From IMG/VR virus record IMGVR_UViG_3300024520_000058: 20,000 nt of DNA; one strand, given 5' to 3'. Shown one piece after another: positions 1-7,047 of this stretch. This DNA comes from an uncultured virus (IMG/VR IMGVR_UViG_3300024520_000058). Its lineage: Duplodnaviria > Heunggongvirae > Uroviricota > Caudoviricetes. Under the pieces are notes generated by a model that saw nothing but the letters and a program-made list of their open reading frames with translations, made no database searches and was not told the origin of the DNA. How positions within the stretch are numbered: the first letter of the stretch is position 1; each line of letters begins with the position of its first letter. The position numbers and the translations under genes were made by a program.

Positions 1-1163
1 ATGTTTCTTCGAATAGCATTGTAGTTGAATTGGATGCTAGTCATCCACTCCACCATGCTCTGGCACTCGTAGAAGGTTCGATTGCCACGTTCATCTGCAG
101 TGCGTTTCCACCACAGGAATATGAATGGGTGCCGTTTGGGACCGACCTCGACTACCCTGGTGCTCTGCCCACCCATGTCATTCTGAACCTGGATCCGTCG
201 CCTGCTGGTCAACGGGTTGGGCTTGATATCCAGTATGGTGTTGTCACACATGGTGGCCACCAGGCCATATTTATATTCGGTTGCCTGTAGTTCTTTACCT
301 GTAACCAGGTCATTTGCATACAGGGTGTGCGGAAAGATCCATGCTTCATACACATCTTTCTTGGCACCTTCCAGGGGATCCACTGGTACATCTGCGGAAG
401 ATAGGCTGAGGGATGATGGCATAGGATAATTCATTGCCGATGGAATCCGGGGGCCTGACAGTGGTTTCGTGAGCTCAATGTTAGACATCCCCATCATATC
501 TTTGGCGTAATTCCAGTTAGCCTGACGGCCTCGCGATCCTCCAATTCCGAACAGCATGGCAGCTTTCTTCCCAAACTTGGCTACCAATTCCTCCGGGAGC
601 TTCCGCACGTGGTGGATAATGAACCGTGGGTCTATACCTCGCTGACAGTTACTCGCGTATGGATCCACGAATAGTGCGCCTTCAGGGATGGTAAGAAGAC
701 GTATGACACCTTTTCTTCCCGGGTAAGTAACGAACGGGTCCCAGATAGCTTTCATATTTGACAAACCTGTGAGCTGAGCGTCTTCCATGTATGAGCGGAA
801 AATAGATTGACCGTTGCATTCTGTCCATTGCCAATGCCACATGCCATCCAGGTCGTCGCCAAGTTCTATGTGCTGGGGAAGATACGGCTTTCGCCGGATC
901 ACCGGGTTGTTCTTCAGCAACACTGATCCCAGCTCATCCACCGTCTCACCGATGATATTTCTACGGGAAGTGGCATTCTGCTCATCGATGCCCATATCAT
1001 CCTGCCCCATCATGGGGGCCAGAAACCGGTTGCCTTTGTACCAGGAGCGCATATCCTTAGCGTTCTCCAGGTATCTAATCCTGGATGGATTCCGTCTACA
1101 CAGGTCCAGCATCCAGTTGATTAGCTGCGGGGTTACCCACTTGGGCCATGCCTGCTCTGCCAT
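1..1163 (-). CDS. Portal protein, P22-like (partial, at least 387 aa, continues past the window edge)
   Basis: Not in the ORF track because it has no stop in the window. Manual translation from ATG 1163 (SD AAGGAG) is open to the edge: MAEQAWPKW...RSWYKGNRF...NIIGETVDELGSVLLKNNPVIR...DAQLTGLSNMKAIWDP...LFVDPYA...HPFIFLWW...SMVEWMTSIQFNYN. These motifs and the position after terL fit P22-like portals. Confidence 0.82.
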   Translation of the reverse strand, partial: MAEQAWPKWVTPQLINWMLDLCRRNPSRIRYLENAKDMRSWYKGNRFLAPMMGQDDMGIDEQNATSRRNIIGETVDELGSVLLKNNPVIRRKPYLPQHIELGDDLDGMWHWQWTECNGQSIFRSYMEDAQLTGLSNMKAIWDPFVTYPGRKGVIRLLTIPEGALFVDPYASNCQRGIDPRFIIHHVRKLPEELVAKFGKKAAMLFGIGGSRGRQANWNYAKDMMGMSNIELTKPLSGPRIPSAMNYPMPSSLSLSSADVPVDPLEGAKKDVYEAWIFPHTLYANDLVTGKELQATEYKYGLVATMCDNTILDIKPNPLTSRRRIQVQNDMGGQSTRVVEVGPKRHPFIFLWWKRTADERGNRTFYECQSMVEWMTSIQFNYNAIRRN

Positions 1164-1608
1164 TTGGTACTCCTTCGGCTACGCGAACTCTGCCGACTAA
1201 TTGAGAAAAGTGAAGGTGCCCATAACGAATACACTCTGAGAGCAAAAGCTGTAACTTCTGATTCACCACAGTCTGTGCCCAATTCCCCTTCATGTCAAGC
1301 TCTCCCCCGGGACCAAAGATCCTCACCATCATGTCACGTAGCTGGTCGATGATGAACTTGTCCTTCAGGGTGATGGTCAGCAAGGGAATTGGTTCTTTCA
1401 CAATCTGTTCAAACATAGCCAGTGACTTGAGCCTGGCTTCCTGACTCTGCGTTGCACGTGACATTTGCGAGATCTGCTGTGCCTGCCTACCGTTTGCCTC
1501 CTTCAGCCGTTCGTTTTCCAGCAGGACAGAGTTCAACGCCTGGCTGGGGTCCACTACATGCTGTACCACATTTCTCTGCATCTGTTGATGCTTTAGATTA
1601 CCACCCAT
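1096..1608 (-). CDS. Hypothetical protein with N-terminal coiled coil (170 aa)
   Basis: SD AGGAGA immediately after the terL stop; heptad-like LLENERLKEAN...QEARLKSL; 3' end overlaps the portal start by 68 bp. Confidence 0.7.
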   Translation of the reverse strand: MGGNLKHQQMQRNVVQHVVDPSQALNSVLLENERLKEANGRQAQQISQMSRATQSQEARLKSLAMFEQIVKEPIPLLTITLKDKFIIDQLRDMMVRIFGPGGELDMKGNWAQTVVNQKLQLLLSECIRYGHLHFSQLVGRVRVAEGVPNGRAGMAQVGNPAANQLDAGPV

Positions 1609-1617
1609 AGATTTCTC

Positions 1618-3453
1618 CTAAAACACAAGCTCTTTCTGCTTGGTTGGTTGAGTTCTGATGAGCTGCTCGATGAACTTCTGACGAAGTACCGGCGCCGGTA
1701 AACCATTTATGTCTCTGCCCACTTTCCAGAGACTGTCTGCCTCACGCTTTTCTTCTACCTCATCCGGACGTCCCTGGCCACTCTCCAATAAGTCCATCAC
1801 CTGGTGGCCAATCCCCAGAGCAAACAGCCTGTCGTCCGGATGACCCTGGAGCTTCCCGTTCTTGTCCTGGACAAATCCCAGCGCTTCATTTATGCAACCC
1901 AGATCAGGTACCGATAACAGTAAATCACTTACAAGTGTCCTATGTGCCTCTACGATTGCCCGTCGCATTCCACCGATCACATACGTTCGGGTACCCACGT
2001 GGGTGTCCCAACCTGGCGCTGACTGAAACCGCAAACCCAATGCCAGGTCATTGGTTGATGGTCGATGGAAGATTCTACCTATGGGGTACTTCTCAATCCC
2101 CAGCTCTTTGTATCCCCGGATGAGGTACGTTTGTGCCTGTGCTCCATAGTTACGTATTTCAATCGCCATCCACGCAGGTTTGTAGTTGGGCTCCCCTTCA
2201 TGGTAGAAGTGCCCAAGAAGCCATAGCTCCCGCGCGAGCTGCTCTTCAGAGAGGTGTCCGTGGATACTTGCCACTATCCGACGAGTATCTTTCCGGAACA
2301 CGTATGCAGCAGTATAGTCTCCACCTGGTTTTCCCTCTGCTACATCCACTGCTATCACATACCCAGGACTTTGCTGGAGATGCTTCTTGGGAACAGGTAG
2401 CTCCCATATCTTCAGCATGTAATCTCCCTCTGGCAAATCAGGGAAATATCCCAGCTCATCAGTACTGTCCACAAACTTGACCATGGACCCAAGAGGTTCC
2501 TGGGGGTCGTGGATAAGAACACCTAACTTGGGGGTGGATACCTCCAGATGGTCCATGAGATGGGTACGCAGCTTTAGAAGTATGTCTCGGTCGAAGCAGC
2601 TTCTTCCGGTGAAAACCATGAAGAGCCCGGTCTCCCGGATGCGTATCTCCATAGCTCCCATACCTGCCATCATGTCCAGCGCCTGCTGCACGTTCATATA
2701 CTTTGCGTTTTCTCTCATGTTCACGTAATAGATCCACAGCTCTGGCCTGGAGCTCTGGTCCCTCTGCCAAGGTTCCACCAGGTCTTTGTGCATCCAGAGT
2801 ACGTCTCTTGCAAGTAGTGGGCTATCAGCATCCACAACTGGTGTCAAACAGATCCACATATAGCCTCCAGACCTGGTGAATCTCATTTTGATTTCGTTGT
2901 AGATGGAGCGAGGATGTGGCTCATCCATGAACACGAAGTTCTTCTTTGAACCCTTGTAGGCGTTGACACCCTGGGTGACCCACTTGCAGTTCCACCAGGA
3001 GGGATATCTGTCATCGATGCCTTTGAACATGGCGCGATGCATGATGCCTTCCCGTATGTCATAGTTTTTCACGTAGGGTCCCATTACGCGGTCGAAGATA
3101 GGACGAATATTATCACGCTGTACGTCCTGCGAATAACAGGACATCCAGCCTTCAATCCCCGTTGTAGGTATGCGAAGGTCCATGTAGGGATGAATTGTCT
3201 TGCCAGTAAGATTGCCGTCTTCGTCTTCTTCAGCAACGGTATGCCATCCGGCTCGCACCATTCCGCAGTAGCTCTTGCCAGATCCGTTGCCCCCAGCGAA
3301 GATTATCTCATGGTGGTCAATATCCTCAAAGAATGGAACTTGACCACCCTCATTTGGCGTGAAGGTGTCAAGAATGGTAGACTCTTCCACACTTTCGAAG
3401 ATCGCCGCCAGTTCGCGCTGTTCTTCCTCTGTGGTAAACAGATTCGCTTCCAT
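1618..3453 (-). CDS. terL: Terminase large subunit
   Basis: Walker A IFAGGNGSGKS, Walker B FVFMDEP, motif III CLTP; RNase H-like nuclease motifs IAVDVAEG-x3-GDYT, AIEIRNYG and HPDDRLFALGI; lies just upstream of the portal gene. Confidence 0.93.
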   Translation of the reverse strand: MEANLFTTEEEQRELAAIFESVEESTILDTFTPNEGGQVPFFEDIDHHEIIFAGGNGSGKSYCGMVRAGWHTVAEEDEDGNLTGKTIHPYMDLRIPTTGIEGWMSCYSQDVQRDNIRPIFDRVMGPYVKNYDIREGIMHRAMFKGIDDRYPSWWNCKWVTQGVNAYKGSKKNFVFMDEPHPRSIYNEIKMRFTRSGGYMWICLTPVVDADSPLLARDVLWMHKDLVEPWQRDQSSRPELWIYYVNMRENAKYMNVQQALDMMAGMGAMEIRIRETGLFMVFTGRSCFDRDILLKLRTHLMDHLEVSTPKLGVLIHDPQEPLGSMVKFVDSTDELGYFPDLPEGDYMLKIWELPVPKKHLQQSPGYVIAVDVAEGKPGGDYTAAYVFRKDTRRIVASIHGHLSEEQLARELWLLGHFYHEGEPNYKPAWMAIEIRNYGAQAQTYLIRGYKELGIEKYPIGRIFHRPSTNDLALGLRFQSAPGWDTHVGTRTYVIGGMRRAIVEAHRTLVSDLLLSVPDLGCINEALGFVQDKNGKLQGHPDDRLFALGIGHQVMDLLESGQGRPDEVEEKREADSLWKVGRDINGLPAPVLRQKFIEQLIRTQPTKQKELVF

Positions 3454-3498
3454 GATAACGGTATCCTACCTATGATTTTTTAAGGGCCCTTCAAAGCA

Positions 3499-3547
3499 AG
3501 GTTACCATATCTGACAGAGATTGTCAAGCCGAAATCCGGTTTTTTTT
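3499..3547 (-). promoter_or_regulatory. Sigma70-type promoter for the terL-portal operon, with operator-like inverted repeat and upstream A-tract
   Basis: Minus strand TTGACA (3527-3522), 17 bp, TAACCT (3504-3499), with TG of an extended -10. Inverted repeat TGACA-N5-TGTCA (3512-3526) overlaps the -35. A8 tract at 3540-3547 sits in the UP-element position. Confidence 0.7.
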
Positions 3548-3562
3548 GGGTTGGGAGGTTTC

Positions 3563-3629
3563 ACAGAATCCATGAGGTGTCACATGCAGGTAGGTAGGAT
3601 GCCAAAGTAACACCTCGAATGGATTCTGT
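3563..3629 (-). promoter_or_regulatory. Long RNA hairpin between dnaB and terL with an anti-SD loop
   Basis: Minus-strand arms ACAGAATCCAT-tc-GAGGTGTTAC and GTGACACCTC-ATGGATTCTGT (21 bp, one G-U, one 2-nt bulge). The loop contains ATCCTACCTA, the exact complement of TAGGTAGGAT at the terL ribosome-binding region (3463-3472). Confidence 0.7.
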
Positions 3630-3692
3630 AGTGAGGGGAGGGATCGGACGCCGCTTAAATCGCAAAATGCTCTGGTCGAATATGCGGAATGT

Positions 3693-5084
3693 TCAAGGCC
3701 TGGCCAGAGTCAAGGTTCTTTTGTCAGGCCGGGCTCGCTGTGACTGCTTGAACTTTGCTTCCATCAGATTGAAAGTTACAGGTATCATCCCTGTGGGTCC
3801 ATTGCGCTGCTTGCCAATGATGAGTTCGCAGGGCCCTCCCTGGCTGGGATTGCGGCTCTGGTAGTCCTCTCGGAAGATGAATAACACGATGTCCGCATCC
3901 TGCTCGATTGCTCCTGACTCACGTAAGTCAGAAAGCTGGGGCCGCTTATCAGGACGGTATTCAACGCTCCGATTGAGCTGCGATACAACGATGAACGGTA
4001 TGTCCAGGGACATAGCCAGAATTTTCAGTTCCCTGGAGATCTGAGTGATGTCATCAACACGCTTGCCAGTGGGTTTGGATGCGCTCATCAGCTGCAGGTA
4101 GTCTATGATCACCAGGTCAGGTTTCCCCTGCTTGCCAGTAATACGGAGAAGGTGCGACCGTACATCCCGGGGTGTGAGGTCTGGTGAGTCTTCTATATCA
4201 AATTTCGCTCCGCTTAGTCTACTTGCAGCAAGGGTCACGGCTGACCATTCCTTCTCCTGGATCTTTCCAACTCTGAAACGCAAGAACGGTATACCCGATT
4301 CTGAAGCAAGGATCCTGGTTACAAGCAGTTCTTTCTTCATCTCCAGAGAAAACATTACTGCGTGTTTCTTGCCTTCTACCGTGACATACTGTCCAAAATT
4401 CTGGACAAGAGTGCTCTTCCCTACACCTGGCCTGGCTGCCACAATTACCAAATCACCACCAGCAAGTCCTGTGGTCTGCAGGTCCAAGTACTTTATGCCC
4501 AAAGCCAGACCTACTATAGGATTGTCCTCCTCATTCATTTTTTGCAGTTTGTTGATTACCTGCTTTACACTCTCCTTCGTGGTAACCTGGTCCGGGAGGG
4601 TTGAGTTATTCAGTTCCAGAAGCTGATTCAAAGCCTCTGCCAATATCTTCTCTGAGGGTTGCTCGTTGTCGTAGGCACTCTCATTGATGTGAAAACTTGC
4701 GTAAATCAGCTGCCGCTTAATCGCTTCCTCAATAATCATCTCAGCATAGTACTTCACATTGGCTGATGAAGGACTGGCGTCTATCAGCTCGTTGACGTAT
4801 GGAACGCCGCCCACTTTCTCAAGATGTCCGTTACGCTCCAATCTCTTGGTTACCATCAGCAGATCTACCGGCTCATCGTCATCGAATAGCTCCTTGATAA
4901 TATTCCAGATTTTGTTATGCCGCTCTCGATAGAATACCTCGTCACCTCTGATAAGCAACATACACTCAGCGATTGAACCTCTCTGATCGTCATCAAGGAC
5001 CATCAGACCCCCAAGTAGAGCTCGCTCAGCATCGATGTCTTGCGGCGCTACTCTATCCAGTTGTATGCGAGTTCCGTTATTCAT
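3693..5084 (-). CDS. dnaB: Replicative DNA helicase DnaB (phage-encoded)
   Basis: N-terminal PQDIDAERALLG, Walker A AARPGVGKS, FSLEM, IIDYLQLM, SQLNR...RPQLSDLRESGAIEQDAD, KQRNGPTG. Confidence 0.97.
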   Translation of the reverse strand: MNNGTRIQLDRVAPQDIDAERALLGGLMVLDDDQRGSIAECMLLIRGDEVFYRERHNKIWNIIKELFDDDEPVDLLMVTKRLERNGHLEKVGGVPYVNELIDASPSSANVKYYAEMIIEEAIKRQLIYASFHINESAYDNEQPSEKILAEALNQLLELNNSTLPDQVTTKESVKQVINKLQKMNEEDNPIVGLALGIKYLDLQTTGLAGGDLVIVAARPGVGKSTLVQNFGQYVTVEGKKHAVMFSLEMKKELLVTRILASESGIPFLRFRVGKIQEKEWSAVTLAASRLSGAKFDIEDSPDLTPRDVRSHLLRITGKQGKPDLVIIDYLQLMSASKPTGKRVDDITQISRELKILAMSLDIPFIVVSQLNRSVEYRPDKRPQLSDLRESGAIEQDADIVLFIFREDYQSRNPSQGGPCELIIGKQRNGPTGMIPVTFNLMEAKFKQSQRARPDKRTLTLARP

Positions 5085-5898
5085 CCGTCTCCCCTAGTGC
5101 TGTCATGAAACTGTAATTGCCATATTCCACCTCTGTTCCAGTCACCTGGAGGTAGATCCAGGGCAAAGCTTGAAAGTCTGGAAGCTTCTTAATCTTGCGC
5201 GCTTTATCCAACCAACGAACGATCTCTCTATACTCAATTCCCATAGCCTGAAATTCCACCATTACCTGACGTAAATCTGGCAGGAACAGATAGGGCTCAT
5301 AACCTGCAAATTCATGGTTCAAATCCTGACCCCATTTGTCAGCCTCATTGATGGGCTCAAAAGGTCGTGAATATTCCTGTTCCCCATCACCATAAACACC
5401 GTTTTGTTGTTCCGCGTTGTGTTTAAAGTTTTCTGTATAAGGATGAGATCTGTCCTCTCGTACGGTACTCGATGTCCTCTCGTACGGTACTTTATGTCCT
5501 CTCGTACGGTACTGATCTGTCCTCTCGTACGGTACTGATGTCCTCTCGTACGGTACTTTATGTCCTCTCGTACGGTACTTTCCCAGCCAGTTTAGCACAA
5601 ATTCGTAGTCCAATTCGTAGCTTGGTGACGATCCTTTTCCACGCGTATTTTGAGTGATAAAAGAGTGTTCAGAAAGGGTCTTGAGATGGCGGGTTATATT
5701 CCTCGTATTCAGCCCTGTTCTGGATGCCAAATGGAGGTTCGGAATAACAAGAGCATCGTCTGTCCAATACTCGCCATTATTCTCGCCATTGAATATCTCC
5801 AATATGTAGAAACCCAGACACTTATGTACTGAATTCAGATCATCCAGGGAGAACAGACATTTTGTACAATTCATGAAATTGATGGGATTGGTTGACAA
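5077..5898 (-). CDS. Phage replication initiator (lambda O-like layout, N-terminal winged helix)
   Basis: TTG start with SD AAGGAGG 6 nt upstream; wHTH-like LASRTGLNTRNITRHLKTLSEHSFI; internal iteron array; overlaps dnaB by 8 bp. Confidence 0.8.
   Translation of the reverse strand: MSTNPINFMNCTKCLFSLDDLNSVHKCLGFYILEIFNGENNGEYWTDDALVIPNLHLASRTGLNTRNITRHLKTLSEHSFITQNTRGKGSSPSYELDYEFVLNWLGKYRTRGHKVPYERTSVPYERTDQYRTRGHKVPYERTSSTVREDRSHPYTENFKHNAEQQNGVYGDGEQEYSRPFEPINEADKWGQDLNHEFAGYEPYLFLPDLRQVMVEFQAMGIEYREIVRWLDKARKIKKLPDFQALPWIYLQVTGTEVEYGNYSFMTALGETDE
5447..5579. repeat. Iteron array, putative replication origin: 6 x TGTCCTCTCGTACGGTACT
   Basis: Identical 19-bp copies start at 5451, 5473, 5495, 5518, 5539 and 5561 (periods 22, 22, 23, 21, 22). 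An AT-rich stretch is adjacent (~5420-5440) and the array lies inside the initiator gene. Confidence 0.9.
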
Positions 5899-5904
5899 GG
5901 ATAG

Positions 5905-6000
5905 CCTCCTTCAGTGCGGACTCGGCAATGGTGGACGACTGAAGGGGCGTCCACCACCGAGTCACAGGCTGCTGAACAGGGAGCTTATCCCCTGTTAGCA
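5905..6000 (-). promoter_or_regulatory. Structured 5' leader of the replication initiator mRNA (two hairpins, anti-SD in loop)
   Basis: Hairpin 1: TGCT-AACAGGG / CCCTGTT-c-AGCA (6000-5970). Hairpin 2: GACTCGG-TGGTGGACG / CGTCCACCA-ttg-CCGAGTC (5963-5919), whose loop CCCCTTCAGT is complementary to ACTGAAGG (5915-5908) overlapping the SD. Confidence 0.75.
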
Positions 6001-6026
6001 TGGGCAAGTGTGAATTTTCTATCTGC

Positions 6027-6055
6027 ATTATAGCAGGTGATACCTGTTAAGTCAA
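6027..6055 (-). promoter_or_regulatory. Strong sigma70 promoter of the rep-dnaB operon with a palindromic operator in the spacer
   Basis: TTGACT (6055-6050), 17 bp, TATAAT (6032-6027), with TG of an extended -10; the spacer contains CAGGT-atc-ACCTG (6046-6034). Confidence 0.85.
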
Positions 6056-6061
6056 GGTCAG

Positions 6062-6095
6062 TAGAAAATGGGGCCGGTCTATTCCCCAGCCCCAT
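6062..6095 (-). terminator. Rho-independent terminator
   Basis: Stem ATGGGGCTGG / CCGGCCCCAT (one G-U) with an 8-nt loop, running into TTTTCT; lies directly upstream of the next promoter. Confidence 0.75.
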
Positions 6096-6096
6096 C

Positions 6097-6164
6097 GCTT
6101 CCGCGTTCTTCTGGGAGGTAACTTGGAAGGAAACGCAGAAGCTATCGGCACACGTCTGCACCGA
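6097..6164 (-). ncRNA. Structured 3' UTR element, candidate regulatory RNA (two hairpins before the terminator)
   Basis: Hairpin A: TCGGTGCA-gacg-TGTGCCGA (6164-6145). Hairpin B: GCTTCTGCGTT-tc-CTTC / GAAG-AACGCGGAAGC (6142-6097) with loop CAAGTTACCTCCCA. The wobble positions are G-U only on the minus strand. Confidence 0.55.
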
Positions 6165-6563
6165 CTACTTAATACTCAATATGAACAATGGTCGTAACCC
6201 GTCGCGCTCTGCATCCAGGAGATCTCTCATCTCTTCCTTAGTGCAGGTGAACTGCCCCTTCTTTTTCTTCCCTGTGTACATTCCATCTTCAAGTGACGAC
6301 AGGTTAAGTGGATGTTTGTCAGGCGTCTGTTCCACCGGAGCAGCTTCCCCCACTTCCTCCAAAGCTTTCTCAATAGCTTCAGATGCTTCCTTGGCTGCCT
6401 GCTGCTCCTTATCGTCTTCCTCAGCAACTGCTTCCTTCGCATTCAGGGCCAGTTCTTCTTGGCTGGATTCCCCTGGTTGCTTGTCCTGGGGTTTACGGAT
6501 GTATTTCATCATACCTTCTGCGTCAATATAGCAGTAAAACTCGAGACTCACTTCAGCTTTCAT
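6165..6563 (-). CDS. Hypothetical acidic protein (132 aa)
   Basis: Start reassigned to ATG 6563 (SD GGAGG); Glu/Ala-rich middle; last gene before the terminator. Confidence 0.7.
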   Translation of the reverse strand: MKAEVSLEFYCYIDAEGMMKYIRKPQDKQPGESSQEELALNAKEAVAEEDDKEQQAAKEASEAIEKALEEVGEAAPVEQTPDKHPLNLSSLEDGMYTGKKKKGQFTCTKEEMRDLLDAERDGLRPLFILSIK

Positions 6564-7047
6564 CGTTTTCTTCCTCCATCTCTTCATCGTTCACAATAGG
6601 TAGCTGGCGCATGGGGGAGATGGCTACAATACCACGCTCATCGATGCCCACGTGCCGCACTTCTCCCCAAATTCTATGGTAGACACTTTCGTCACCGGTG
6701 ATAAGACGCACAGCGGCTAAGACCTTAGAACGATGCGGATCCAGAACCGGATGATTATGTGACTCTGGGGTCAGCTTCTTCAAGAGGATGCCCAACTCAG
6801 CACGCGATTGTTCTTTCGCCTCTATCTCTTTGCTGATGACCTGCATCGTATCTCTTATCCGAGAGACCTGCTCATCATCGTGGACACCCAGGAATCTCCG
6901 CAGAGCGTCTTTCGTCTCTAATGTTTCTTCCACGTCTTCCTTTGGGAAGAAAACACGATAGCTCCCGTCTTCCAACTCATCGATTAGAAGAAGGTCGTCC
7001 ACAAAATCGTAGCCTTTCTTCCTTACTTCATCCCACAGTTTGCTCAT
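6553..7047 (-). CDS. Hypothetical protein (164 aa)
   Basis: ATGA overlap with the upstream gene; SD AAGGA. Confidence 0.7.
   Translation of the reverse strand: MSKLWDEVRKKGYDFVDDLLLIDELEDGSYRVFFPKEDVEETLETKDALRRFLGVHDDEQVSRIRDTMQVISKEIEAKEQSRAELGILLKKLTPESHNHPVLDPHRSKVLAAVRLITGDESVYHRIWGEVRHVGIDERGIVAISPMRQLPIVNDEEMEEENDES

Noticed and set aside
3528..3547. Plus-strand terminator GCCG-aaatc-CGGT followed by a T tract
   Set aside because: The stem is only 4 bp and there is no plus-strand gene to terminate; the tract is better explained as a UP element of the minus-strand promoter.
5451..5579. Six identical direct repeats as a possible CRISPR array
   Set aside because: Spacers are only 2-4 bp, no cas genes are present, and the array lies inside a replication initiator gene, as iterons do.
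5892..5920. Plus-strand TTGACA as promoter of an antisense RNA to the rep leader
   Set aside because: No credible -10 hexamer at 16-18 bp spacing.
5840..6028. 62-aa ORF as a leader peptide for rep
   Set aside because: Its ATG overlaps the -10 box, so it is not on the transcript, and the internal ATG at 6001 has no SD. Translation from that codon is not fully excluded.
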